From positions 310,001 to 374,000 of the forward strand of contig NW_027252889.1 in assembly GCF_044704955.1 (NCBI RefSeq): 64,000 bases of DNA. Direction: 5' to 3'. Position 1 is the stretch's first letter. The number at the start of each line of letters is the position of its first letter. Of this stretch, positions 11,703 to 24,639 are shown piece by piece. The notes beneath the pieces are model-generated. The model saw only the letters and a list, made by a program, of their open reading frames with translations, searched no databases and was not told the DNA's origin. The translations under genes were made by a program, and so were the position numbers. The DNA comes from Pristiophorus japonicus (taxonomy: Eukaryota).

Positions 11703-14700
11703 TGTATTAATTCTTGGGGGTCACTAGACACCAGAGGGCACCGTCGTCGGAGGTCATCAGGCTGTATGCATGTGGCATGTGTGCTTGGTCACCTGTATAT
11801 AAGCTGGGTGTCTTTGTCACGGTGGCACTCTTGGGCTGGAATAAAGATGGATCAAGTTGCACCTGAGTGAGTTTCCAGTAACCAGACTCTTGCGTCATTA
11901 CAATTGGCGACGAGGTAATTTAAGAACCTTCGCATGCACAATGAGCACTGTTGGAATCCTGGAGAGATTCGTGGAGGGCGAGGATTGGGTGGATTTTGTC
12001 GACCGCCTGGATCAATATTTTGTGGCCAATGGCATGGAGGCAGAGGCCTACGCAGTTAAGTGCAGGGCAGTTCTCCTCACCGTTTGTGGTCTGAAAATTT
12101 ACGGCTTCATGAAGAATCTTCTCTCGTCTGTACATCCGGTGGAAAAGGTACGCGGAATTGTGTACATTGGTGGGTAACCATCTGAAACCAAACGAGGGGA
12201 TCATCATATCACACTACCGTTTCTACACACATGTTCATGCTGAGAGCCAGGACGTGTTGGGATTTGTCGCTGACCTGCGACGTCTTGCTGAGCCGTGTAA
12301 GTTCGGGAACAAACAGTAGTAACAAGGTTGGGGATGGCATCAAATAGAAAATTAGAGACACGTGCAATAAGGGTACAGCAGTTATCATGGGTGACTTTAA
12401 TCTGCATATTGATTGGGCTAACTAAACTGGTAGCAATACTGTGGAGGAGGATTTCCTGGAGTGTATAAGGGATGGTTTTCTAGACCAATATGTCGAGGAA
12501 CCAACGAGAGAGCAGGCCATCCTAGACTGTGTAACGAGAGAGGATTAATTAGCAATCTGGTCGTGCCCTTGGGGAAGAGTGACCATAATATGGTAGAATT
12601 CTTTATTAAGATGGAGAGTGACACAGTTAATTCAGAGACTAGGGTCCTGAACTTAAAGAAAGGAAACTTCGACGGTATGAGACGTGAATTGGCTGGGATA
12701 GACTGGCGACTGATACTTAAAGGGTTGATGGTGGATAGGCAATGGCATACATTTAAAGATCACATGGATGAACTACAACAATTGTACATCCCTGTGTGGC
12801 GTAAGAATAAAAAAAGGGAAGATGGCTCCACCGTGGCTAACAAGGGAAATTAGGGAAAGTGTTAAGTCCAAGGAAGAGCTATATAAATTGTCCAGAAAAA
12901 GCAGCAAACCTGAGGACTGGGAGAAATTTAGAATTTAGCAAAGAAGGACAAAGGGTTTAATTAGAAGGGGGAAACTAGAGTATGAGAGTAAGCTTGCTGG
13001 GAACATAAAACCTGCAAAAACTTCTACAGATATGTGAAGAGAAAAATATTAATGAAGACTAATGCAGTCAGAATCAGGGGAATTCATAATGGAGAACAAG
13101 GAAATGGCAGACCAATTGAACAAATACATTGGTTCTGTCTTCACTAAAAAAGACACAAATAACCTCATGAAAATACTAGTACACCGAGGGTCGAGCGAAA
13201 AGGGGGAACTGAGGGAAATCCTTAATAGTCAGGAAATGGTGTTCGGGAAATTGAAGGGACTGAAGGCCGATAAATGCCCAGGGCCTGATAGTTTGCACTC
13301 CAGAGTACTTAAGGAAGTGGCCCTAGAAATAGTAGATGCATTGGTGGTCATTATCCAACATTCCATGGACTCTGGTTCAGTTCCTATGGATTAGAGGATA
13401 GCTAATGCAACACCACTTTTTAAAAAAGGAGGGAGAGAGAAAACAGGGAATTATCGACCGGTTAGCCTGACATCGGTGGTGGGGAATATGCTGGAATCAA
13501 TTATTAAAGATGAAATAGCAGCGCATTTGGAAAGCAGTGACAGGATCGGTCCAAGTCCGCATGGATTTATGAAAGGGAAATCATGCTTGACAAATCTTTG
13601 AGAGTTTTTTGAGGATGTAACTAGTAGAGTGGATAAGGGAGAACCAGTGGATGTGATGTATTTGGATTTTCAAAATGTTTTGACACGAAATTAGTGTGCA
13701 AAATTAAGGCACATGGAATCGGGGGTAATGTATTGACGTGGATAGAAAACTGGTTTGCAGACAGGAAGCAAAGAGTGGGAATAAATGGGTCCTTTTCAGA
13801 ATGGTAGGTAGTGACTAGTGGGTGTTGCAGGGTTCAGTGCTATATCCCCAGCTATTTTCAATATACGTTAATGATCTAGACGAAGGAATTGAATGTAATA
13901 TCTCCAAGTTTGCAGATGACAGTAAGCTGGGTGGCAGTGCGAGCTGCGAGGAGGATGCTAAGAGGCTGCAGGGGGACTTGGACAGGTTGGGTGAATGGGA
14001 AAATGCATGGCAGATGCAGTATAATGTGGATATGTGTGAAGTTATCCATTCTGGTGGCAAAAACAGGAAGGCAGATTATTATCTGAATGGTGAAAGATTA
14101 GTAAAAGGGGAGGTGCATCGAGACCTGGGTGTCGTGGTACATCAGTCATTGAAGGTAGGCATGCAGGTACAGCAGGCAGTAAAGAAATCAAATGGCATGC
14201 TGGCCTTCATAGCAAGGGGATTTGAGTATAGGAGCAGGGAGGTCTTACTGCAGACCACACCTTGAGTATTGTGTGCAGTTTTGGTCTCCTAATCTGAGGA
14301 AGGACATCCTTGCCACTGAGGGAATGCGGCGAAGGTTCACTAGACTGATTCCGGGGATGGCAGGACTGACATATGAAGAAAGACTGGATCGACTAGGCTT
14401 ATGTTCACTGGAATTTAGAAGAATGAGAGGAGATCTCATAGAAGCAAATAAAACTCTGATGGGATTGGACAGGTTAGATGCTGGAAGAATGTTCCCGATG
14501 TTGGGGAAGTCCAGAACCAGGGTCACAGTCTAAGGATAATGAGTAAGCCATTTAGGACAGACATGAAGGAAACTTCTTCACTCAGAGAATTGTGAACCTG
14601 TGTAATTCTCTACCGTAGTAGTTGAGGCCAGTTCGTCAGATATATTCAAATGGGAGTTAAATGTGGCCCTTACGACTAAAGGAATCAAGGAGTATGGAGA

Positions 14701-17307
14701 GAAAGCAGGAATGGGGTACTGAAGTTGCATGATCAGCCATGATCATATTGAATGGGGGTGCAGGCTCGAAGGGCCGAATGGCCTACTCCTGCACCTACTT
14801 TCTATGTTTCTAAGACATGCGGCGTGATGTCTCAGTGATAGACATCAGCCATGATGCGATGCTCAGGAAGCTGTTGGCTGCAGATACGCTGGATTTGAAA
14901 AAGGCCATCGCGACTGCCCAGGTATGCATGACAACAGATGAGAATTTGAGGCAGATATCATCGACGAGTTGGAGTTCCATGGCAAGTACTGTACACAAGA
15001 TGGCGTTGTCTTCGGGCAGAGTTGCTTCCCCGAAACCTGCCGCTGCTCACAGTCCGCCAACTGGTTCGATCCAGATTTCACCCTGTTGGTGATGTGGGGG
15101 CAATTATCGGCCTCATCAGTGTCGGTTTATGCAATGGATGTTTAAAAGTGGGGCACCTTCACAGGATGTGTCCACAACGGAGCAAGCATGGTGCGGCTCA
15201 CCACGTGGTGAATGAGGATCAGTTCAGTGATGGCCCGGATACACAACCCGAGGAGGAAGTGAATGGACTGTATTCGTTCCTGAGCAAGAGCCAGCCGAAT
15301 AGTGGTTAATGTGAAGCTGCATGGCGTGCGTGTATCAATGGAGCTGGACACGGGTGTGAGCCAGTCGATAATGAGCCAAAGGACATTCGACAAGCTGTGG
15401 GACACTAAGGCTGCGAAACCAAAGCTGAGTCCAGTCAATGCCAGGTTGTGTACTTGCACTAAGGAACTCATACCTGTGCTCGGCAATGCAGCAATCGAGG
15501 TGTCATATGATGGTGTGGTTCACGAGCTACCATTATGGATCATCCCAGGTCATTATCCAACGCTGTTCGGCAGGAATTCACTCGAGAAAATCAAGCTGAA
15601 TTGGAATGATGTCAAGATGTTGTCCTGGGTAGATGATACTTAGTGTGCTCAAGTATTGAAAAAGTTTCCTTCTTTGTTTGAACCGGGCATTGGTAATTTT
15701 ACAGATTCACCTGGACTCGAATGCAAGGCCTGCCTATCACAAAGCTCGGTCTGTTCCGTACATGATGAGGGAGAAGGTTGAAATCGAGCTTGACAGACTC
15801 CAGCATGAAGGGATCATATCACCGGTCAAGTTTAACGAGTGGGCCAGTCCCATTGTTCCTGTGTTGAAGAGTGATGGCATTGTCAGGATTTGTGGAGACA
15901 ACAAGGTGACGATTAACCGATTTTCAAAACAGGATCAGTATCCATTACCGAGGGCCGATGACCTGTTCGCCATGCTAGCTGGTGGAAAGTCGTTCACGAA
16001 ACTGGATCTGACGTCGGCCTATATGACCCAGGAACTTGTCACCACTTCGAAGAAACTCACCTGCATCAACACCCATAAAGGACTGTTCGTCTACAACAGG
16101 TGTCCTTTTGGGATTTGTTCAGTTGCAGCCATATTTAAGAGGACTGTGGAGAGTTTACTGAAGTCCGTTCCTAGGAAAGATGTTTTTTGTCGTAGTAGAT
16201 GCATATTCTAAGTGGTTATTTCGTCATCCAGCACGTCTACAGCTAACATTGAGAGCCTTCGTATCATGTTTGCTACTCATGGTTTGCCTGACATTGTTGT
16301 GAGCGACAATGGATCTTGCTTCTCAAGTCTTGAGTTCCAGGAGTTCATGAAACTCAATGACATCAGACATGTGAGATCAGCTCCTTCAAGCCTGCTTCTA
16401 ATGGTCAAGCAGAGCGTGCCATTCAAACGATCAAGCAAAGTATGAAACATGTAACTCAGGGCTCACTGCAGAGATGGTTGCCATGTATATTGCTCAGTTA
16501 CAGGTCAAGACTACATACACTTACTGGGGTTCCTCCTGCTGAACTACTGATGAAGAGAAATCTCAAGACCAGGCTTTCTCTTCATCCTGATTTGAATGAT
16601 CATGTTGAAAACAGACGTCAAAGTCAGCAATGGTGTCATGATCGTGTTGCCATGTCACGTGACATCTTGGTCAACGATCCGGTTTATGTACTGAACTATG
16701 GTCAAGGTCCAAAGTGGATCGCCGGCACTGTTACAGCCAAGGAGGGTAACAGAGTGTTTATTGTCATGCTCAAGAATGGGCAAACATGCAGGAAACACCT
16801 TGACCAGGTTAAACTGCGGCACACGGATGAACTGGAAGCGAGTGAGGAAGATGCAGTCAGTGACCAACCAGCCATTGTTGACCCATCAGAGGACTCTGCT
16901 GACATTACTGACTCTGGACCTTCAGTCTCTGATGTGGTCATGACCACTCCCATCAGCTCAGCTACTCAGCCCTCAGTCTCAACGGACTCAGAATGCTCGC
17001 CCAGAGCCAAAGTTGAACTGAGACGATCAACTCGTGAGAGGAAAGCCCCAGACCATCTTAATTTGTAAAAAAAAAAACTCGTTAAGGTTTTAAAAGGGGA
17101 ATGTTGTTATGTATTAATACTTGAGGGTCACCAGACACCAGAGGGTGCCGCGGTCAGAGGTCATTGGGCTGTACACATGTGGCATGTGTGCTTGGTCACC
17201 TGTATATAAGCTGGGTATCTTTGTCACGCTGGCACTCTTGGGCTGGAATAAAGAAGGATCAGGTTGCACCTGAGTGAGTTTACAGTAAACAGACTTGAGT
17301 CATTACA
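11703..17307 (+). mobile_element. Ty3/Gypsy (Mag-like) LTR retrotransposon, degraded, RNase H region deleted, with a CR1 inserted in gag
   Basis: LTRs of about 200 bp (11703-11902; about 17110-17307); 5-bp TSD ATTTT; PBS TGGCGACGAGG (tRNA-Ser) at 11905; PPT aaaagggga; gag (GEDWVDFVDRLDQYF), protease (LDTG), RT (WASPIVPV, YPLP, KLDL), integrase (SDNG). Confidence 0.9.
12311..14811 (+). mobile_element. CR1 LINE nested in the Gypsy gag
   Basis: EN-to-RT ORF pieces, FADDSK, tail tttctatgtttcta; Gypsy gag resumes at about 14812. Confidence 0.9.
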
Positions 17308-17818
17308 ATTTTCTAAATGTCCTGCTACTACTTCCTTAATAATAGATTCCAGCATTTTCTCAATGACAGATGTTAGGCTCACTGACCTATAATTTCCTGC
17401 TATCTGTCTCCCTCCTTTCTTAAAGAGGGGTGTTCCATTTGCAGTTTTCCAATCCTTGGGACCTTTCCAGAATCTAGGGAATTTTGAAACATTACAACCA
17501 ATGCATCCACTATCTCTGCAGCCACTTCTTTTAAGACCCAAGGATGCAGGCCATCAGGTCCAGGGGACTTGTCAGTCTTTAGTCCCATTAGTTTGCCGAT
17601 TACTTTTTCTGAAGTGATGATAATTGTTTTTATTTCCTCCCGACCCTTTGCCCTTGATTTTCTATTAGTAGGATGCTTTTCATGTCTTCTACCGTAAAGA
17701 CAGATACAAATATTTGTTCAAAGTCTCTGCCATTTCCTTGTTTCCCATTATTATTTCCCCAGTCTCACTCTCTCAGGGACCAATATTTACTTTAGCTACT
17801 CCCTTCCTTTTTATATAC

Positions 17819-18690
17819 GTGGCGTGGCGACCCCGACCATGGAGGAAATACCAGCAGCAGGTCGGGGCCATAAAAGGCGAGCAGCGAGCGACCCTGGGAG
17901 CAGCGTGGTGACATGCCACTTCAGGGAGCAGTGCGAGCTGGTGCAAGAGGGCAACAGCAGTGCAGCGGGCAACTGGATTGGACATCACCAAGGTCCAGGT
18001 CGGTGATTGGAACGTGGGCAGGTACAGCAGCAGCGGCGAGTTTGGGACACAGGAGCGGTGAGTTATCGTGGAGCAATGTGATCGAGGCCCAGGAGAGGCG
18101 TGAGTTTGGGGCCCAGCAGAGGCCAGGACCCTGGGGCAGCAACTTCTTCACTCAGAGAATTGTTAACCTGTGGAATCCTCGACCGCAGAAAGCTGTTGAG
18201 GCCAGTTCATTAGATATATTCAAAAGGGAGTTAGATATGGCCCTTACGGCCGAAATGGCTTTCCCCTTATTCTTAGAGAGTGACTGGTTCTGGAACTCCC
18301 CAGCAATGGGAACATTCTTTCTGCCTCTAACCTGTCCAATCCCGTCAGAATTTTATATGTTTCTATGAGATCCCCTCTCATTCTTCTAAACTCCGATGGA
18401 TACAAGCCCAGTTGATCCAGTCTCTCCTCATAGGTCAATAAGGGGTATGGAGAGAAAGCAGGAAAGGGGTACTGAGGTTGAATGATCAGCCATGATCTTG
18501 TTGAATGTCGGTGCAGGCTCGAAGGGCCGAATGGCCTGCTCCTGCACCTAATTTCTATGTTTCTATGTTTCTACGTTTAACATGTAGTTCGGGACCAGGA
18601 ATATCAGGTCTTTCATTGAAACACCTGTGAACTCATCCTTTTTTAGTGTGGAAGTGGGTCATCCTCGATACGAGGGACCGCCTAAGAGAG
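17819..18690 (+). mobile_element. RTE-tailed SINE-like element, copy 2, containing a rearranged CR1 3' fragment (about 18141-18573)
   Basis: Homologous to 8625-9213; TSD ATATAC at 17813-17818 and 18691-18696. Confidence 0.75.
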
Positions 18691-20091
18691 ATATACTTGT
18701 AGAAGCTCTTACCGTCTGTTTTTATATTATTTGCTAGTTTACTCTCATAATCTATTTTCTCCTTCTTTATTCATTTTTTAGTTATCCTTTGGTGGTTTCT
18801 AACATTTTGCCAATCTTCTAGCCTACCACTAATCTTTGCAACATATCTGCCTTTTCTTTCAATTTGAGTCTTTCTCAATGGAATATATCTTTGTTGAGAA
18901 TTATGAAATATCTCCTTAAATGTGTGCCACTGCTTATCTATTGTCTTACCTTTTAATCTAATTTCTCACTCCACATTAACCAATTCTGACTTCATACCTT
19001 TGTAATTGCCTTTATTTAGGCTTAAGATATAGTTTCAGATCCAGGTTTCTCACCCTCAAACTGAACGTGAAATTTTATCATGTTATACTCACTCTTCCCG
19101 AGAGGATCCTTTACTATGAGGCAATCAATTAATCCTGTCTCATTGCACCTTACCAGATCTAAAATAGCTTGTACCCTGGTTGGTTCTACAATGTATGGTT
19201 CTAAGAAACTGTCACGAATACACCCTATGAACTAGTTGTCACAGCTACCTTTGCCAATTTGATTTGTTGAATCTATATGAAGATTAAAATTGCCCACGAT
19301 TATTGCAGTACCTCTCTTAAAAGCCCCATTATTTCTTAATTTATACTCTGTCCTGCACTCCAAGGTCCCTCTGTTCCTCTACACTTCTCATTGTCCTACC
19401 ATTTATTGTATATTCCCTTGCCTTGTTAGCCCTTCCCAAATGCATTACCTCACACTTCTCCGGATTGAATTCCATTTGCCACTGTTCTGCCCACGTGACC
19501 AGTACATTGATATCTTTCCTACAGTCTACAGCTTTCTTCTTCATTATCAACCATACAAAAAATGGTAGTATCATCTACAAACTTCTTAATCATACCCCCT
19601 ATATTCAAGTCTAAATCATTGATATATACCACAAAAAGCAAGGGAACTTGTACTCAGCCCTGTGGAACCCCACTGGAAATAGCCTTGCAGACACAAAAGC
19701 ACCCATCGACCATTACCCTTTGCTTCCTTCCTCCAAGCCAATTTTGGATCCAACTTGTCACTTTGCCCTGTATCTCATGGGCTTACCCTTCATGACCAGT
19801 CTACCATGTGGCACCTTATCAAAAGCCTTGGTAAAACCCATATATACTACATCGTACGCACTACCCTCATCAAACCTCCTTGTTACCTCCTCATAAATTC
19901 AGTCAAGTTAGTCAGACACTATCTTCCCTTAAAAAAATCCATGTTGACTGTCCTTGATTAATCTGTGTATTTCGAAATGAAGATTTATCCTGTCCCTCAG
20001 AATGTTTTCCCATAATTCTCCCACCACCGACGTTAGGCTGATAGGCCTGCAATTCTCGGTCTATCCCTTTCTCATTTTTTAAACAACAGTA

Positions 20092-20645
20092 TAATGGGCA
20101 GGGGGAGAGAGAGAGAGAGAGAGACAGTGAACAGGCGGGGCGAAAGAGAGAGGCCACGATTGGGCAGGTGAGAGAGAAAGGCCACGATCGGGCAGGGAGA
20201 GAGAGAGGCCATGATTGGGTGGAAGAGAGAGAGAGACCACGATCGGGTGGGGGGGAGAGAGAGAAAGGCCATGATTGGGCGGGAGAGAGATAGAGACCAT
20301 GAACAGGTGGGGAGAGAGAGAGGGCTCGATTGGGTGGGGAGAGAGAGAGAGAGAGGCCATGATCGGGCGAGGGGGAGAGAGAGAGAGGCCACGATTGGGC
20401 AGGGGAGAGAGAGAGGCCACGATCGGGCAGGGAGAGAGAGAGGCTACGATCGGGCAGGGAGAGAGAGAGGCCACGATCGGGTGGGGGAGAGAGAGAGGCT
20501 ACGATCGGGCAGGGAGAGAAAGAGGCCATGATTGGGCAAGGGGGAGGGGGGAGAGAGAGAGAGAGAGACCACGATCGTGTGGGGGGAGGTGCGGGAGGGG
20601 AGGGAGAGAGAGGGCATGATTGGGGGAGGCGGAAGGGAAAGGAGA
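20092..20645. repeat. Purine-rich minisatellite, unit of about 25-30 bp, GGCCACGATCGGGCAGG(GA)n
   Basis: Recurrent ggccacgatcgggc/ggccatgattgggc cores separated by GA tracts. Confidence 0.9.
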
Positions 20646-21055
20646 GAGTGCGCTATCTGGAGAACTTGGGCATGTTGGGGACAATTTTCCCATAATTAAC
20701 ACGAACACCCACCCCTCCGATGCTCTCCCGCACAGCATGGAGGGGCAGAGGGTGGCAGGGGGTTAATATCAGGGTCGATTTCATGGTTTAGAGCTCTCTA
20801 AATTATTCCTATTACTGCACTTTTCCCTCAACATGTATTTTACCGTTGAATCCTGTGTGTGAGATTTTGTCCCACCATGTGCTCACAATTATTTGTTCTG
20901 TTAAAAACAAATTGAGTTTGGCCCAGATTTCACCCTCCATTCTGTAGTTAAAACTTAGTGTTACTGTAAAAGGAACAGCTTGTATAACATTTAAACAAGA
21001 TGCTTGTACATAACATTATTAGGTATAAAACCAATATAACATAGAAGGTACTTAC

Positions 21056-21404
21056 TGGTTACTTACAGCCGGGTTCCATTTCCATAGATTGTTCCCCAAA
21101 ATACCACAGATATAGACCGCGCTGTCTCTGCGCTGCATACCTCTGATGGTCAGAATGTAGCTGTTACTGGCATCATCTCTGGAGAGCTGAAACCGCTCAG
21201 AGAAACCGTGTGATCGGTCAACCCTGCCATGTACGTAATGAGTAAATATTTTGTGTTTCCTATCCTGTGAGAGGTACCAGTGTACAGTATATTTATCCAC
21301 ATTCACATTGCTGCTCTCCAGGGTACACCAAAACTTCACCATCCCACCCTCGGGCACCGTCACAACTTCTGGGGACTGGATAAGAACCGGACTTGCCTTT
21401 AGAC
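21056..21404 (-). pseudogene. Germline-joined VJ-type Ig V-set exon (V2), frameshift plus stop in the J-like strand
   Basis: ttcacag|GLKASPVLIQSPEVVTVPEGGMVKFWCTLE...VHWY...FSERFQLSRDDASNSYILTI...DSAVYICGI / WGTIYGNGTRL*VT|gtaagt; 349 nt, an extra T near 21100; no RSS. Confidence 0.92.
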
Positions 21405-21888
21405 CTGTGAATAGTAAATAACTGATGATCAGAACTGATGAGGAACAACATAAAGTAATAACTTGAAATGGAAGTGGCGATGATGTCACGACGCGTGTGT
21501 GTAACCCCGCTCTACCCTTCACTTAAGGTGAGAGCATTCAGCATTCAGAAACATCGGTCCACTGGGCCACCAGGGAGGGGCCAGGCCACTGACCCTGTTG
21601 CCGGCCCGGCTGAACCCGGGGCAATAATTGGCCGGCCGATCGGGAAGTCGGCCGGCAAAAATAAAAACATGGTGGCCGCGGCAGTGGGCCCTCCCCTTGA
21701 AGGGCCGCCACGCTGTCATGCTGCACACAGGCAGAACAAGGTGCACCAACAGAAAAAGCTGTCGGGGGCACCATGCAGCGGCTCGTGGATTTTTTAAAGT
21801 AACTTTGGGGCAGATTGCAATGGAGGTGCGGGATAGCGGCGGTGCGTGCTTTGATGACGCGCTTGTGGCTGAATTTGGGTCGGGGTGG

Positions 21889-22565
21889 TGTGGAAAGTAT
21901 TTTTATCTAAGCTGATACCATACGGTATTTGTGTGCCTTTTGATTAAAATGGAGTCCTGGCCCTTCCAGAACTTTCTGCATTTTAGCAGTCAGCTTGCAT
22001 AAACAGCTAAACCTGTTGTTAGATGGCTGATGGCCATCAGACAGCTAGGAGACAAGTCATGCTGAGATAAGTAACCCCCCCCATGGTGCTCTCCTATTGT
22101 CTACACTACAGGAGTTCCATGTCACCCCACCCTTATCTTCTAGCCATTATCTCTTTCCGAGACCTCATCCATTTGATGCAAACAGATAAACTGACCAGGA
22201 AATTGAAACAATCCTGACACAATATTAGACAGGTGATAGCCCATTACCTATGACTCATGGAGTAATGGCCGTTTGGATTTCTGATAACCCTGACAAAAGG
22301 AAATATCTGGATACCATGTCAGGACCAGGATATAGTAATTAACTCTTTATCTGTATTCACTGACTGTGAGACAGAGCAATACACAGGGAGAGGCCAGAAC
22401 TTTGGTTTTACTGTATAAATATCTTGTTAAACTGAACCATTTCGGAGGTGTTCACTTAGCCCTTGACTGAGTGTGACCTACCCCTTGCGAGCAATTAAAG
22501 ATAAGAAACTTCTACCGGAGCTGTAAGTGTCGGAGTCATTCTTTTCGGAGGTCGAGATTTCGACA
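21889..22565 (+). repeat. ERV1 5' LTR
   Basis: Direct repeat of 28225-28902; TATA-like tgtataaat and attaaa near its 3' end. Confidence 0.95.
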
Positions 22566-22570
22566 GTTAT

Positions 22571-22587
22571 TGGAGGTTCCACCGAGA
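22571..22587 (+). promoter_or_regulatory. Primer-binding site, tRNA-Gln
   Basis: TGGAGGTTCCACCGAGA is the complement of the tRNA-Gln 3' end. Confidence 0.85.
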
Positions 22588-23534
22588 GGCATACTCTCTG
22601 TCCTGTGAGTAAAACGGATACAGGCATAGTGCCTCTCCAGTGAAAGGCTTCGGTGGCCAAACAAGGTGAGCCTTTGCTCACAAGAGGTTTCTTCACTGTT
22701 GAATCGCATATGTAATCTGTTGTCCACAGCGGAGGTACTGCATCTACAAGACTCGGCATTTAAAAGCTAAAGGTATTTTTTATAACCATTTCTTTCTCAG
22801 CTCGCCAGCAGAAGAGAACAGGTTCTGGAAAAAATCTCGAGACAGCCCGGGGAAGGTTTCAGTAGGTAAGGGAGCGCTAGTCGACCGAAAAGGGTTCCAG
22901 GTTCTTATGTGATAAGATTTTTATTGTTTTTAATTCGGAAGGGGTTCTTATGTGATAAGACTATTAAAAAAAAAAGAGAAAAAAGAAAGCGCTAATCGAT
23001 CGAAGGTTCTTATGTGATATGATTTTTATTGTTTTTAATTCGGAAGGGGTTCTTATGTGATAAGACTATAAAAAAAAAGAAAGCGCAATCGATCAAAGAG
23101 TTTGGGTACGGAACCTTAAGTTTTATCAGTTTTTATTAGGATAAGTTAAGGACTCGGTCTGTAGTGGCGTACAACGCAGACTGAGAATTTGTTTAGAGGT
23201 TATGATTTGTGTACTCGCGGGAATATTGTTTGTTGTCCTTGTATTACTGTCGTGTGCAATACCTTTGAGAGTCATTGCCATTAGAGAAACGGGAAGAGTC
23301 ACTAGGGAAAATTGTGATTCGAAAAAAAAACACAAGGATTGATTAGGAAAAGAAACAGTAACTGATTGATCAACTACGGTTGGTTCGTGCCAACATATCT
23401 CACACACCCAGACTGAGCCCGAATTAAGAGCCTTTTCAGGCCACGTAACGGCCAGGAGAAGTGGGCGTAGAGAACTCGGTTGGCCGAAAGGATTGTGAGA
23501 TCAGAAACTGTGGAAAAATCTTAAATCATCCAGA

Positions 23535-23830
23535 ATGGGGGCTGGAGCAAGTAACCCACCACCAAAAGGCACACCAGCCTATGTCATGCTCCAGAATTGT
23601 GGTCAGTCTTCAATTGACCAAAGAAACAAAAACCGGTAAAGTGGACTAAGGGTGAAAACAGGCCATTTCCACCCGATGGTTCATTTAATTTAGAGAGAAC
23701 AACATGTCTAGAGGAGTGTCTTATAAACAGAGATCCAGGTAGAAAAAAAAAGGAAAGTAATAGAAAAGGCCTGGGTTCCGATTCTTCAAGCCCATGTAAA
23801 ATTAACAGAGGAAGTAAATCAAATGTAAAA
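23535..23830 (+). pseudogene. gag: ERV1 gag matrix remnant
   Basis: MGAGASNPPPKGTPAYVM (myristoylation-type start) followed, after a frameshift, by WTKGENRPFPPDGSFNL. Confidence 0.6.
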
Positions 23831-24639
23831 AAAAAGAGAACCTGATAGTGACTTATGGATTCAAAAAAAAAATGAAGCTAGCAAAAGAAAAAGCTTTATT
23901 GAATGGAGAGAGACTTGTGAATGTCTTGTCTTTGAATGAGAGTGCGTGAATGTCTTGTCTTTGAATGAGAGTGCTTCTGTTTTTTTTCCTTGTGTCTGGA
24001 AACCTGTTTGGAAAGGTTGTGGAACTGCCTGTTTGTTTTAGCTCCACCCACTTTTTCAAACAAAGTGAAGTTTTTTTAACCCTTCATAGTGTTGTCCTGT
24101 ATGTGGGAAGTTTAAGACATTTTAAGTTAGAAGCGCAGGTGTGGATTTATTCGGATGAGAGGTTACGGAGCTAGGAAATGCACAAAGGATAGGTTTGTTG
24201 AGACATGGTCCCGGTGGTTAAAAGTTGTAATGCCTTTTTTTTGAAAAAAAGCCTTTGTGGGTCTCTCGAGGTGCAGGCTGGGGGAGTACACTCTCATTGT
24301 CCTTGGTGTAAAATCTTGGTACAAAAGCTTCTAGCTCAGTAAGAGGATTTTTTTGATAAAGAGTGACAGTACAATAGTTGAATTGGGATTTTGAGATATT
24401 TCAGGTGATCTCCTTGATCAACATTTTGGGTGTATTGGAAAAATCTTGGGTTTGGAAGCCTTTTAATAAAATTAGAAAACAAGTACTTTACATTCTGTGA
24501 TCTGTGAATCACTATAAGCATAAATGAGAAGTCCGTGTAACACACAGATTCGTCCAGTTCAGAAGCCCACACAAATGGAGGTTTGTCCATGACCTATGAG
24601 CTGTGAATGAATCTACTATATTCTCACAATGCTTAAAGG

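Larger units (their letters stand above)
10398..19352 (-). mobile_element. CR1 LINE (pieces about 10398-11702, 17308-17818, 18691-19352)
   Basis: Tail aagaacataag at about 10398; RT ORFs 10573-11281; coding continues across the Gypsy insertion (gattgtattatt|attttctaaatg). Confidence 0.85.
9575..20095 (-). mobile_element. Outer CR1 LINE (pieces about 9575-10397 and 19353-20095) hosting a nested TE stack
   Basis: Sequence ...cagggagctgtggata (10397) continues as tgcactccaaggtccct (about 19354); a short + strand CR1 tail is inserted at about 9770-9908. Confidence 0.75.

Noticed and set aside
19912-20619. Ser/Leu/Pro-rich and Arg/Glu/Gly-rich ORFs
   Set aside because: Translations of a GA-rich minisatellite.
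21052-21522. 156-aa ORF as a single-exon Ig protein with its own signal peptide
   Set aside because: Residues before 21404 are intron read-through (acceptor ttcacag) and the C-terminus is frameshifted.
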